Of a DNA stretch of 64,000 nt, positions 53,945-64,000 are shown piece by piece (position 1 is the stretch's first letter; each line of letters opens with the position of its first letter). Below the pieces are notes generated by a model. That model saw only the letters and a list, made by a program, of their open reading frames with translations, had not been told where the DNA came from and searched no databases. The position numbers and the translations under genes were made by a program. Origin of the DNA: a virus; IMG/VR virus record IMGVR_UViG_3300023104_000005, positions 6,306-70,305 of that record. One strand, written 5' to 3'.

Positions 53945-54521
53945 AACCCTAACACTCGCGCTACTATTTGTAGCCCTATTCGCAAAAGCACAAAATTACT
54001 CAGTGGCAGAGCCTCGCATGAGGGTAAATCGAACGGCTTCATTGGTCTTGTCTACTTCATGGCAAACATTAGCCTTTAATGGTGCGTCAACATTGAACTT
54101 CAATACCTACGGCATGAATCCTGCTACAGGTACACAGATGGTGAACTATAACACCACATCAAATCTTTTCCGAGTCTACGGAGAGTACGATAAAAATATA
54201 CTTGTTCAGCTTTTCTTTAATACGACTACTACAGCGGTAGCTATTGGCACAACCATGCAATACAGATTCGTGATACCTAATGGAGGTGGTGCAGGGGTAG
54301 ATACATACTTTCCTTTTCCTGAGAATGGTGGATATGGTGAGATTGCTAGCTTAGGACTTGCTACTGTTGGTATGAATAGTATCTCAGCACCTTTGGCTGT
54401 GTACGCTAATAGTGCTGTAAGAACAAATGGATTTTACATTCAGGTCAGATTATCTAACACAATAACTTTAGGCAATAGTACTATTAACTCAGCGGCTTGT
54501 GTGATCACATCTAGGTATTAA
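53934..54521 (+). CDS. Beta-rich protein with a Sec signal peptide
   Basis: MQGKTLTLALLFVALFAKA/Q. Confidence 0.65.
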   Translation: MQGKTLTLALLFVALFAKAQNYSVAEPRMRVNRTASLVLSTSWQTLAFNGASTLNFNTYGMNPATGTQMVNYNTTSNLFRVYGEYDKNILVQLFFNTTTTAVAIGTTMQYRFVIPNGGGAGVDTYFPFPENGGYGEIASLGLATVGMNSISAPLAVYANSAVRTNGFYIQVRLSNTITLGNSTINSAACVITSRY

Positions 54522-54541
54522 CTTAATAAAATCATCCTTAT

Positions 54542-54579
54542 ATGGGCGTAATCTTCACTGGTTATGCCCATTCTTCTTT
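54542..54579 (+). terminator. Intrinsic terminator
   Basis: ATGGGCGTAAT...GTTATGCCCAT TCTTCTTT. Confidence 0.6.
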
Positions 54580-54628
54580 ATAGGAAAAAATATTCTAATT
54601 TTATGCCTTAATCAGTAATAAATATCTC

Positions 54629-55281
54629 ATGAAAGAAGAAGTACAAAAAGGCAGAGTAATAAACACCAAATGGTGGATCATCCCATCGTTCTTATTGGCG
54701 GTAATGGGTTTTATACTCTCTACTACCACCAAAGATGAAAAGTCACTAAGGGTTACTTATGATCCTGCGACTACCAAGCACTATGTTAATGGATTGCTAT
54801 GGGACTTACCTGTAAAGGTGTTGCACTTTAAAGTCAATCCTAGTGTCTCTAAGAATGCTGTTGTAGATTTGAAAGGTGCGGACCTAAATGAGATATTTGA
54901 TGTTCAGGTTACTGCGATAAGGGATGTTATAAGTCCATTAGAGGTGCCTTTGGTGAGCGTGAAGACCATATCTACTAATGGCATACTTTATGACTTAACT
55001 GACAAAAATAACGTGCTTATAAAGCGTCCTAGAGAGTGTGTTTTATACTTCATGGTTACTGGCTACTAATACTAACAATTTAAATATATATTATGAAAAA
55101 GAAAGAGAACGAAGAAATGAAAAAGGTTGTTCCTATTATGAACAGAGTAGGTGATGATGAAGATACACCTGATGATGGTGGTTGTGAAGGACTTCCGCCA
55201 AGTGAACCGGGAGGTACTGGCGCAGGAGATTGGGCTTGCAGAGGCGGTAAATGGCAGTGGATTCAAGACATAGGAGGCTAG
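54629..55281 (+). CDS. Membrane-anchored protein (54629-55069) and a 62-aa acidic Gly-rich peptide (55093-55281)
   Basis: N-terminal TM segment; the peptide ends in IGG. Confidence 0.6.
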
Positions 55282-55283
55282 TT

Positions 55284-56444
55284 ATGAAAAGGTATATTCT
55301 CCCTGTCTGTGCGTTATTATTCTGCATTAGCTATAACCTGTTTCTTATAGAGAAGGAAGCTGGTTTATTTGGATTGGATGCGTTGTATATGAAATCATGG
55401 TTCAACGCTCAGATGCTAGTTCCATCATTAATTTTATTTGTGTATGGGTTTAGAGGTGTGTATAAAAACTTAGACAGGGAGTTTTACATTCTAAATGCCA
55501 GTCTGATCACGTTTGTTTATTTATGGGTTGTGTTTAATAACATGGGGATGTGTATGTTCGAAATACGACCAAAGATTGTAATATTTAATTCTTTTGTACT
55601 TTTGTTCACAGGGTTAGTCTTGTGGAGTGCTAAGGTTCAAGGACTCTTTAAAGAAAAGAAATGACACACGTACGCAGGATGGAAAACACAAAACTCGTTG
55701 AGTTACTTTTACAAGCACAGTGGTACTTCATGTTTCTTATGGCAACGGGTTTGGGTGTAGTGGCGATGGATAAGTACCGTAAGTTGAGGGATAAGGAAAA
55801 AATGGACAAGTTGGGTATACAAACCTCAATAGTGAGGACTAAGTTCATCGACAAGTTTTGTTTAGCGGTCTTTGTTTGCTATCTAGTCCATGGATTTTAC
55901 GACTACCGGGGCTATCCACCGAAACAAGAACCGTTTTTCATTCTTCTGGCATCGTTTCTGCACTACCCGATCGCAGGGTTTATTGTAAACAGATTATGGC
56001 CGATCATTCAAAAAGCAATTACAGGAGGAAATACAGATGTATAGAATACTAGTTGATATAGCGATAATCTTCTCAAGCATTCTAAATGTTGTTGGGATTG
56101 CACTTTGGGGGTTCGTATCCCTGATAATGATGGAAGTTTTGCTTTGTAAGCACGCAAAAGACATGGAGTTCAGTTCAATTGTAAGGAGTGTATTTAGCAG
56201 GAAGATGTGCTTAACGTTAAGAAAGATCAGGAGACGCTACAAGCAAGGATTTATCAATGGCTTACACATATCATCAATATTATTTTTTGTTGCCTCCTAC
56301 ATCGTTATATACTACCGTTTGACAGAGTTAACGGAGCATGTTAGAGGTCTTTCAGATTACTTAAGGACATTAAGCAGTGTTATTCTCCCTGCGGGTATTA
56401 TAGTTTTGTATAGATTTATGGGATATAAAGTTTCAATAGTTTAA
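55284..56444 (+). CDS. Three multi-TM membrane proteins (55284-55664, 55661-56044, 56037-56444); holin/antiholin candidates
   Basis: Hydrophobic stretches; overlapping genes upstream of the endolysin. Confidence 0.6.
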
Positions 56445-56470
56445 TAGAGGTTTAATTTAGGTTTAAGATT

Positions 56471-56508
56471 GGTCGTTTCATGGATGTGGAGCGACCTTTG
56501 TTGTTTTA
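56471..56508 (+). terminator. Intrinsic terminator
   Basis: GGTCGTTTCA...TGGAGCGACC TTTGTTGTTTT. Confidence 0.6.
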
Positions 56509-56547
56509 GGTGCTGATGTTTTATCTTTGAATAAAAAACACAACGTT

Positions 56548-57018
56548 ATGGCAACAGACAAAGAATCAATGGACAAGCTAAACGAGTTACATCCGGCAGT
56601 CCGACAATCAGCAATAGACGCTTATACAGAAGCATGTGCTATCACTCCTAAAGGTGTCCATCCGTCAATTACAGAGACCTACAGGACATTTAAACGCTCA
56701 GATGACCTATATGCTCAAGGGAGGACTAAGCCCGGCTCTATAGTAACAAATGCTCGTGGTGGAGATAGCGTTCATAATTACCGTATGGCTTTGGATTTCG
56801 TGATTTTAGTTAATGGTAAAATGTCATGGAAGGTTGATGCCAATTGGATGAAAGTGGTAGAATGCTTTAAGAAGCGTGGCTGGAAATGGGGCGGTGAGTT
56901 CAAATCTATCACAGATTATCCGCATTTAGAAAAGACTATGGGGTATACTTTAAAACAGCTAAAAGCTAAGTATGCAAAGAATGACTTTATTCAGGGAGAT
57001 AAATACTTAAACTTATAA
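56548..57018 (+). CDS. Endolysin, M15 L-Ala-D-Glu peptidase
   Basis: LYAQGRTKPG.IVTNARGGDSVHNY..ALD...WGG...DYPHLE; promoter TATCTTTG at 56522. Confidence 0.92.
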   Translation: MATDKESMDKLNELHPAVRQSAIDAYTEACAITPKGVHPSITETYRTFKRSDDLYAQGRTKPGSIVTNARGGDSVHNYRMALDFVILVNGKMSWKVDANWMKVVECFKKRGWKWGGEFKSITDYPHLEKTMGYTLKQLKAKYAKNDFIQGDKYLNL

Positions 57019-57020
57019 TC

Positions 57021-57341
57021 ATGGCAGTAGAAAATCAAGACAATCATTTCGATAAAATCTTTTGGTACATCGCAGGGGCTACATTCCTTGTGCTTTTGTA
57101 TGTAATGCTGATTACATTCTTCCCGGTTCCTGAGAAATCTCAGAGGTTCGTTGATATAGCGCTAGCCTTTTTATTGGGATGGGTCAGTTCAAATAGTCAA
57201 TACTTAACAGGTGGAAATGCTACAAGCAAGAAAGCTGAACAAAGAACCACAACGGAGATCACACCTGATGGCGGCACTACTGTAACAACCGAACCTGTTA
57301 CACCTATTGTTCCAGTAACACCTGTAGAAGATGGAAAGTAA
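57021..57341 (+). CDS. Holin (2 TM)
   Basis: Two TM segments; directly follows the endolysin. Confidence 0.65.
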   Translation: MAVENQDNHFDKIFWYIAGATFLVLLYVMLITFFPVPEKSQRFVDIALAFLLGWVSSNSQYLTGGNATSKKAEQRTTTEITPDGGTTVTTEPVTPIVPVTPVEDGK

Positions 57342-57876
57342 ACAGATAGTTTCTCCTACATGGGGGACAGTATTAGGATATATAGTTATTTGGACTTTAA
57401 TCTTTATGCTTGCACTATGTGGTTGTGGTGCTAGAAAGACTCAGACTGAGATAGCCAAGAAAGAGACCGTACAAGACGTTAAGTCCTCCGAGTTAAGCAA
57501 TGTATCCACTAAAGAGAGTTCGAGTCTTGTAGAGGCTAAAACAGACCAAACAGCTAAAGTCAAAGAGGGTAGTATTACTACAACCACAGAAGAATATGCT
57601 AATGGAGGTTTAGTAAAGAAGACGGTGAGTGTGGAGAGTAAAAAGAGTACTGACAATTCTAGTAAGAGTTCTACAAGAACGTTTAATCAGACAAGGGTTA
57701 GAGAGGAACTTAAGGTTGTTACTATTACTCTGCATGTGAAAGAGACAGAGAAGCTAAAGGTTAAGTCTACGGATGCTAACAACAATAAGATTTGGATTGT
57801 GATTGGATGTTGTGTGGGGTTAGCTATTCTTGTTTGGGGATTCTTGAGGTTTGTGAAAGACAAGTCTCCGATTTAA
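57331..57876 (+). CDS. Unimolecular spanin-like lipoprotein
   Basis: Lipobox-like LCGC, S/T/K-rich linker, C-terminal TM. Confidence 0.65.
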   Translation: MESKQIVSPTWGTVLGYIVIWTLIFMLALCGCGARKTQTEIAKKETVQDVKSSELSNVSTKESSSLVEAKTDQTAKVKEGSITTTTEEYANGGLVKKTVSVESKKSTDNSSKSSTRTFNQTRVREELKVVTITLHVKETEKLKVKSTDANNNKIWIVIGCCVGLAILVWGFLRFVKDKSPI

Positions 57877-57895
57877 AGATCGTTTTTATTGGTGT

Positions 57896-57928
57896 AAGCC
57901 CTGCCGGATTAGTCTGACAGGGCTTTTT
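57896..57928. terminator. Terminator at the convergent boundary
   Basis: AAGCCCTGCCGGA ttag TCTGACAGGGCTT TTT. Confidence 0.75.
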
Positions 57929-57931
57929 AGT

Positions 57932-59069
57932 TTATGCCTTTACATATCTAGCAATAAAATTATCGTATTCATCCTGAGAAATATTCAGGTTCTCAATTAG
58001 CACTGATGCTTTAGGTGATACAGTGTCTTCTGAGATTAGATCAGGTTCTACTAATTGTAGGTAGTCTGCTACCTCGTCGATGTTGCATATTGTCGTGTCG
58101 TAGTCCAATACAGAACAGTTCTTAAATGTTATTTTTACGTAATTACTCATGGTCTTCTAATTTAAATGTTAATGATCTAAGTGTTTCTATGCGTATATCT
58201 CTTTGGGAATCTCCTTCGGTATGAACGTCGAATTTTATCAATGTGGCAGTCTTACCTGTCTTCTCAGATATAATGTCTTGGAGGTCTTGTAATGAGACCA
58301 CACAGGTGGTTTTAGTGTCTATCTTCATGGCTTCTTGATTAGTAATACCCAATTCCCTACTCTTTCTTCCAACTCTTTCCATTTACGATACAGTTCGCGT
58401 CTTCCCTGAGTAAAGGCTCCTAAGTGAGGAATGTCTTCTGGTTCTTTTTCGCCATAAGGATTTTCTTTAAATACCTGCAATGAATACGTAAGCGATTCAA
58501 AGGATTCTTTTGCTGTGTCTACTGGTGTATTGTCTTCGTAGGACTTATGGATTTTAGTATGTCCAAAGATTAATCCCGGCATCAGGAAATCACATTTAGC
58601 CTCACTTAATTCAAAAGGATCGCCTAATATCTCCCATTCTCCTTCTGGCAATATCTCGTCGGCTGTATGGTCTACATTTAGGTCAGTTGTATATATCAAA
58701 GCAGATGAAGGTATTTCAGGTGATAATTGTGAGATTCTAAAGTCTCTGGCATCAGGAGCAACTTTCATAAACACAAGTTCGTGTTCTCCTATTTTAGCTT
58801 CTACTGTCATATGTTCTGTTTCTAAGTGTCTCATGAAGTTTAACTATGCTTCCTCTTAATTGCTGTATTTCTTTAGCGGCTGATTCTAAGCTTCTCTCAA
58901 GCCTCCTGATCTCTAAGGCATGGTTTACTGCCGGACAAAGTTTCATGCCCTCATAAGTCAGCAAAAGAGCATCTTGAAAGCCTTGACGGTATTCAGCATC
59001 ATGTTCGGGTATTTTAGCTAGGTAAGCCTTTAGTGTAGCGTATATGCTAATGATTGAATGCTGTTCCAT
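57932..59069 (-). CDS. Four small hypothetical proteins
   Basis: Packed minus-strand ORFs. Confidence 0.65.
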
Positions 59070-59071
59070 AG

Positions 59072-59371
59072 CTAGTCCTTGATAAACGTGCCATTCACAG
59101 TTTTACCTGTCCTTTTAGCAATTACATTATAAGCAGACTCTAGGCATTCATCATAACTCCATCCTAATTGATAAGCTAAAAGAATTAAGGTCACCTGAAC
59201 ATCACCTATTGCATCAACCTGCTCGTGCAAATCAGCTTTGATGATGGCATCACCAAGTTCCCCTGCTTCTGAGATAAACTTAGCAAACTGTTTAAGTGCG
59301 TTCTCTGGCTTTAATAATCCTTTGTTGTCTGCCCATTCTAGGACTTTAACCTGTAGTTCGTTGTTGTTCAT
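59072..59371 (-). CDS. MazG-like NTP pyrophosphohydrolase
   Basis: KFISEAGEL...DAIGDVQVTLI...AYNVIAKRTGKTVNGTFIK. Confidence 0.85.
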   Translation of the reverse strand: MNNNELQVKVLEWADNKGLLKPENALKQFAKFISEAGELGDAIIKADLHEQVDAIGDVQVTLILLAYQLGWSYDECLESAYNVIAKRTGKTVNGTFIKD

Positions 59372-59372
59372 C

Positions 59373-59887
59373 TTATTTGTACATTTCTTCGTTAGTAAAT
59401 AATTCGTTGATTTTAGCGTGTAGTAGAGCCTCTGCATGGTGGTATACACCAAAGAAGTATTCAAAGTCTCCGGGTCTTCCACTCTCTATTTGATTCATCA
59501 TTGACTGAGCCTCGTCTTGAATGGCTTTTAAGTCTGCGGGGGTTAGGTTATTCATGATTTGAGTTCTAAAATTAATTCGGTAAAAAACTCTAATTCTTCC
59601 ATAGAGTCTAGTCTATCTTGCTTACATTGATTGGTACGTGTAGCGTTATTCAATTTTATGTTATAATAATCGTCTATTGTGCCACCTTCCAATAAAACCT
59701 GTAGACAATCATGAAGCACTGCGTTGATACGTCTGTCACGTCTTGCTGAGTTCATAACAGACTCTGTGATCTCTACCTTAGTCTTATAGTGAAATTCGGT
59801 TCCTATTGATTCTAGGTTTTTATAACTTTCTTGCGTTTTGTAGGCTATTAATCTGATAAGCCTTTCTATTTCTTCTCTGTTTTCCAT
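59373..59887 (-). CDS. Two hypothetical proteins
   Basis: ORFs. Confidence 0.65.
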
Positions 59888-59888
59888 G

Positions 59889-60266
59889 CTATACTAGTTT
59901 TAATACTGCTTCTACTTTTGCTGTAAATGGTTTGTCTAATTTGTATAAGTCTTTAAAGAGGTTGTTCATGTAGATGATGCTCGTATGATGCATACCTCCA
60001 AATAAAACGCCTACCCTCTTTAATCCATAGTGAGGGTTTACTTGCAAAATCATGCCTATAGCTATGCATCTAGCCTCTGCTACAAGTCTTGTTCTGTTTC
60101 GCTGGACGATTGTGTTTCTCGATACATTTAAGACCTCACATACGATCTCTATGATGTTGTCAGGGTCACTTTCTCGTCTTCCTGATTTAACCATTAATTG
60201 CTTTTCTTCTGTTAACCCTATATACATCAGTGGGGATACAGGTTCTTTTTCTTTAGTTGCTATCAT
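59889..60266 (-). CDS. DnaA C-terminal (domain IV)-like HTH protein
   Basis: IIEIVCE...RNRTRLVAEAR..LKRVGVLFGGMHHTSII. Confidence 0.75.
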   Translation of the reverse strand: MIATKEKEPVSPLMYIGLTEEKQLMVKSGRRESDPDNIIEIVCEVLNVSRNTIVQRNRTRLVAEARCIAIGMILQVNPHYGLKRVGVLFGGMHHTSIIYMNNLFKDLYKLDKPFTAKVEAVLKLV

Positions 60267-60634
60267 GATTCTGTTTGTGAAGGTTCTACAATTTCCGTTG
60301 GCGGGTTTTCTCTGTCGAATTGTTCGTACTGATCGAGTATTGATCTGAGTTGATTTGTCTCCATAGTCCCAAAATACCTGAACAGTCTGTGCATCTCAAA
60401 GTGATGATCGTACTTCATTTGCTCTCTGTTGGTGTGCTTTACTGCGAACGCTAGGGCTAACTCAATTTGTCCTAGGCTCTCTTTGATCCTTCTGATGTGA
60501 TTGTTGACTCTAGGGTCTGTAAACTTCGCTGAGTGTAAGTCGTAGGCCATCTCTATCTCTAGGCAACCTACAAGTACATTCATGGTTTGGCAATGGCGTA
60601 GTACACGCTTTATTTTTTCTGATGGTTCGTTCAT
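60263..60634 (-). CDS. Hypothetical protein
   Basis: ORF. Confidence 0.65.
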   Translation of the reverse strand: MNEPSEKIKRVLRHCQTMNVLVGCLEIEMAYDLHSAKFTDPRVNNHIRRIKESLGQIELALAFAVKHTNREQMKYDHHFEMHRLFRYFGTMETNQLRSILDQYEQFDRENPPTEIVEPSQTES

Positions 60635-61071
60635 AATTCTAGTCTGCTTTTTAAATAACCTAATTCTCTTGATTCTTTATCGTTGTCATGGATGTGTCTA
60701 TGATGCTCGGAACAAACTGCCATCCACTCTGAGGTGTCTAACATATATTTTTCACCTCTACCTCGAACATGGTGGCATTCCGTTGACGGTCTGTGGCAAC
60801 CTTTGAACATACACTTGGGGTTTTGCTCCATGTACGTCTTTCTTAGCGCCATATAAGCCGTATTAAGCTTCTTTTGCTTGTCAGAGACCTTAGCTATTTG
60901 TTTGCGTGGTTCGGTGACTTCTAGGGTCTTAAAAGAACTCTTAATCCCATTAACCTCTGAGGTTCGTTTCAAAGCACAGTTCTTACATAGACCATCGTGT
61001 TCTTTACACTTTGCTTTCCATAGTCCTCCTATGTAGTTACAGTTCTCTCCTGAGCATTTCTTAGCTTTCAT
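60631..61071 (-). CDS. HNH-like/zinc-binding nuclease
   Basis: C....C...STECHH.RGRG...VCSEHHRHIH. Confidence 0.65.
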   Translation of the reverse strand: MKAKKCSGENCNYIGGLWKAKCKEHDGLCKNCALKRTSEVNGIKSSFKTLEVTEPRKQIAKVSDKQKKLNTAYMALRKTYMEQNPKCMFKGCHRPSTECHHVRGRGEKYMLDTSEWMAVCSEHHRHIHDNDKESRELGYLKSRLEL

Positions 61072-61072
61072 T

Positions 61073-61378
61073 TTAATATGCCCCTCTTATGTTAAACGCT
61101 ATGTGAATTTTCACTCCTTTGTACTCTATTTCGATCTTTTCATCTTTAATATCCAGTATTTTAAAGTTCCATATAGCGTGTACTCCATTAAGAATATAGT
61201 TATATAGAGTTTGAAATTCTTTTCTATTGCAGTTTACGTTTTCGCTTGACAGTATCCTTTCTTGCCCGCTGTCAATAGTATGAAAAGCATTTTCTATTTT
61301 TTCCATTCCGAAGTCAAGTAGTTGTTCCATCTTGTTTAAATCTAGTTGAGAAATATGTTCCTTCTTCTTTTGGTTCAA
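61073..61378 (-). CDS. Hypothetical protein
   Basis: ORF; start uncertain. Confidence 0.55.
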   Translation of the reverse strand: MNQKKKEHISQLDLNKMEQLLDFGMEKIENAFHTIDSGQERILSSENVNCNRKEFQTLYNYILNGVHAIWNFKILDIKDEKIEIEYKGVKIHIAFNIRGAY

Positions 61379-61486
61379 AGAACTTAGCTATGAGTATGTC
61401 TACTCCACACATCTTAATCCTTTGGTGCTGTTGTTCGATCTGAGACCTTAATAGGTCGTTCATCTTTCGATCCTTGATCTTTAGCA

Positions 61487-61945
61487 TTACTTTAGGTTTT
61501 TAGCGTATTCAAGAATAAGTAAAGCATCTGCACTCCATAGGGTTACTTTCACGCTTGGGAAAATCTGTTGAGCCTTAGCCTTTAGTTTGTTCTTCCATTC
61601 AGTTTTAGACAGACCGCTTGCATTGCCGATCATCATTGTCTTTTGCCATTTTTGAGGCGATAGGGTTGTTGTCTTGATCTCAAGGGCAAGTAATGCCATT
61701 TCAAGGTGTCCATAGCCTTTGCCGAAATTAAACATAGCGGCACCTCCCATACCCGGACGTCCTGCAACTTTCTCCATGTGGCATTCAACGATATATTTGT
61801 CTGTGAACGATTTTAATAGGTCATACAGGTCTTTTGGAGTCTCAGGCATCTTATATACCGAAACAGTATTAAATTCGCTTATAAAGGCTAATCCACCAAG
61901 ACTACCGGGGTCAATTGCTAAGGTGCCTTTTATTTTACTTTCCAT
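61487..61945 (-). CDS. RuvC-like Holliday junction resolvase
   Basis: LAIDPG..GGLA; MEKV; FNFGKGYG; PQKWQK; ADALLI. Confidence 0.85.
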   Translation of the reverse strand: MESKIKGTLAIDPGSLGGLAFISEFNTVSVYKMPETPKDLYDLLKSFTDKYIVECHMEKVAGRPGMGGAAMFNFGKGYGHLEMALLALEIKTTTLSPQKWQKTMMIGNASGLSKTEWKNKLKAKAQQIFPSVKVTLWSADALLILEYAKNLK

Positions 61946-61946
61946 A

Positions 61947-62991
61947 TTATTTTAGTTTTAAATTGAAAATGCCGCAAATAGTACGACACGTTATAATTCC
62001 ATTCTCGTATACTTTGTAGTTACCCGCAGGATAGTCATTGATGATCTCTACTACTTCTCCTTCTGGCAATTCCTCTGTTTCAATACATGGTTTTTGTCTC
62101 AGGTAATAAATACCTTCCCAATTATAGAAATCAATTCTTTTATAATGTTCAGGAATAGTGTTGTCTACTAGAGGCACGCTCAATACATCTCCATCAGGAG
62201 TGTTTATTAGCCCTTCTAAAGCGTTAGCTTGATCTGATTGGTTAATTGGTTGTTTATCTTCTTTCATGATCTCTTGAGTCAGGTATTTCAGTCCATTTGT
62301 TAACTATTATTTCTTCGCAGTCTAGGTCTTGGTGTCTGTCTGTAGTCCAATGATCTTTTTGCCATGTTCCTATTGTTGTAATCTCTGCCATATGACTTGT
62401 TCCGATGAAGTCAGCTTCTATGAGTACAGCCTTGAATGATTCTGGTTGTTCAACTTTAGCATCTCTCCATCTGAATTTATCAAGCAAATAATGATTACAT
62501 ATTTGAATGGTGTCTACAAGAGGTATTACTTGGAGGTTATATCCATATTCACACGCAAGACCTGCTTTGGAGATTAGTCGTTCTTCAAGTTCTTTCATGG
62601 CTTTATACCTCGTCTTTTAGTGACAGAATTAACTTTTCATTCCAGTATCGGTCAGCGGTTAATGATGCGTCCCATATCCTTTCTTTAGCCTCGTCAAGTT
62701 TAGCATTGGCGTAATGTTTCATTGCTTCAATGATATAAGGTTTGACCATTGAGTGAATGTGAAAAGGCATTGCCTCATACATTGTTTTGTAGATCTCTTC
62801 TGCTGTTTTCATGGTTTAAGTGTTAATGTATGAGTATCAGGACTCGATTTTGAAATTTCTGTAACTCTGAACGTCTGCCTGTTTCTCTTTTTATAAGCCT
62901 TTTTCATCTTTCTTGGAAGATTGTAATATATCTTCCCTTTGTGTAAATACCAGAATATCTGATTTACCTTAACTTTTGGTCTGTATGACAT
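61947..62991 (-). CDS. Four small hypothetical proteins
   Basis: Packed ORFs. Confidence 0.65.
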
Positions 62992-62993
62992 GA

Positions 62994-63779
62994 TTATTTA
63001 AGTTTAACTTTCTCAATGTAACTACGGCATTCATCTACTCTGCCTTTGATTTGCTTGATCACTTTTTCATCCCTTACAACCTCAAAGATTTTAATCCTTA
63101 AGTGTGCCGGAAGATGTGAATAAGTCATCTCTTGTTTCACTTTCTGGTACAATTCATCAGGTATCTCTCCCCTTAGTCCCTCAGCCCAAGACAAACGTCT
63201 CATTTCAGCCTTCATAATGTCTAAAGGAGCATCCATAAGCACGTACACCAAGTAAGCCTTTTCGTAGCCTGTAAGCGCCATATAAGCCTGTAGTTGATAG
63301 TCATACCCTTTAGTAGGTATCTCTGTCTCAAACAAAGGAAAAGTATAACAGTCGTAAGAGTTCTTAATATCAATCACTACTGATTCTTCCTCGATTAAAA
63401 TGTCTGGCGTTCCTGTGAAGTAGTCATCTTCAAACCATTCATCGTTTTTGGTTATGTCCTCTCTCCAACCAAGCTGTTCTTTGACGTATTGGATTGCTTC
63501 GTCTTCCATTACGATACCCTTCTCAGTGTATTTGTTTTTGAAGTTCTTTCTACGGTCGTACAGCGATTCTTTTAACCAATTGGAACAGAATGTCTCTCCT
63601 GTCTTTCCGAGTCCCTTAACACCCATTATATCCCCTATTCCAGAGGCACGTATCTTAAACTCTTTGAGTTCTTTCATTTCTTCAACCACCACCTCTCTGA
63701 AATGGCTGTCTGCATCTATTGTTCCTTCCATTGTTTTAAAATCTACACAGGTAACATATTTTTCTATCGTTTTCATCAA
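62994..63779 (-). CDS. YqaJ/lambda-exonuclease-like nuclease
   Basis: IRASG; KGIVMEDEAI; TGTPD...IDIKNS...YQLQAYM; start uncertain. Confidence 0.85.
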   Translation of the reverse strand: MMKTIEKYVTCVDFKTMEGTIDADSHFREVVVEEMKELKEFKIRASGIGDIMGVKGLGKTGETFCSNWLKESLYDRRKNFKNKYTEKGIVMEDEAIQYVKEQLGWREDITKNDEWFEDDYFTGTPDILIEEESVVIDIKNSYDCYTFPLFETEIPTKGYDYQLQAYMALTGYEKAYLVYVLMDAPLDIMKAEMRRLSWAEGLRGEIPDELYQKVKQEMTYSHLPAHLRIKIFEVVRDEKVIKQIKGRVDECRSYIEKVKLK

Positions 63780-63984
63780 AGCCTAACATAGAACCGCATC
63801 TACTGCAATTATTAGGGTCTAACCTTTCTTGCATGTCTTTTATCCAAGACTTTCTTTTCTTAAAAAGCCTAATTAACATTTCATTTGTTTTTAAGGTGTC
63901 AGGTAAAGAGTTGAAGTAGGCTTCTAAGTCATATACTTTTTTAAACTTACCTATGGCTTCTGTTGCTTCTATTGTTCCTTCCAT
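63736..63984 (-). CDS. Hypothetical protein with a C-terminal zinc ribbon
   Basis: CSRCG...CYLC. Confidence 0.6.
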   Translation of the reverse strand: MEGTIEATEAIGKFKKVYDLEAYFNSLPDTLKTNEMLIRLFKKRKSWIKDMQERLDPNNCSRCGSMLGFDENDRKICYLCRF

Positions 63985-64000
63985 GATTATTTTATTTGTG

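Noticed and set aside
1-64000. Stop-codon reassignment as in some crAss-like phages
   Set aside because: Genes are full length in the standard code, TAG and TGA are used as real stops, and no suppressor tRNA is seen.
1-64000. CRISPR array, diversity-generating retroelement, integrase or IS element
   Set aside because: No spaced direct repeats, reverse transcriptase, recombinase or transposase motifs seen.

Overview
A large part, possibly most, of the genome of a Bacteroidota-infecting podovirus with a crAss-like morphogenesis module. That module comprises an intein-containing terminase, portal, scaffold, major capsid, three tail ring proteins, a split muzzle, three ejection/cargo proteins, fibres and a lysis cassette. 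No virion RNA polymerase, DNA polymerase or integrase is visible in the window. Transcription appears to use host-type TAnnTTTG promoters, and replication appears to use a DUF1376-like initiator plus a DnaB-like helicase. Both ends carry minus-strand early or recombination genes. The main discovery is an unannotated 22-codon leader peptide (QQWPNQP) with a complete terminator/antiterminator switch directly upstream of a phage tRNA-Trp/Pro/Gln cluster, which looks like a ribosome-mediated attenuator sensing the tRNAs it controls. Other highlights are a type-P1 twister ribozyme in the early region, a probable +1/-2 frameshift at the start of the giant cargo gene, a class 3 intein, and fibre-like genes with Sec signal peptides. 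All protein family calls come from motifs and synteny read by eye; no database searches were run.
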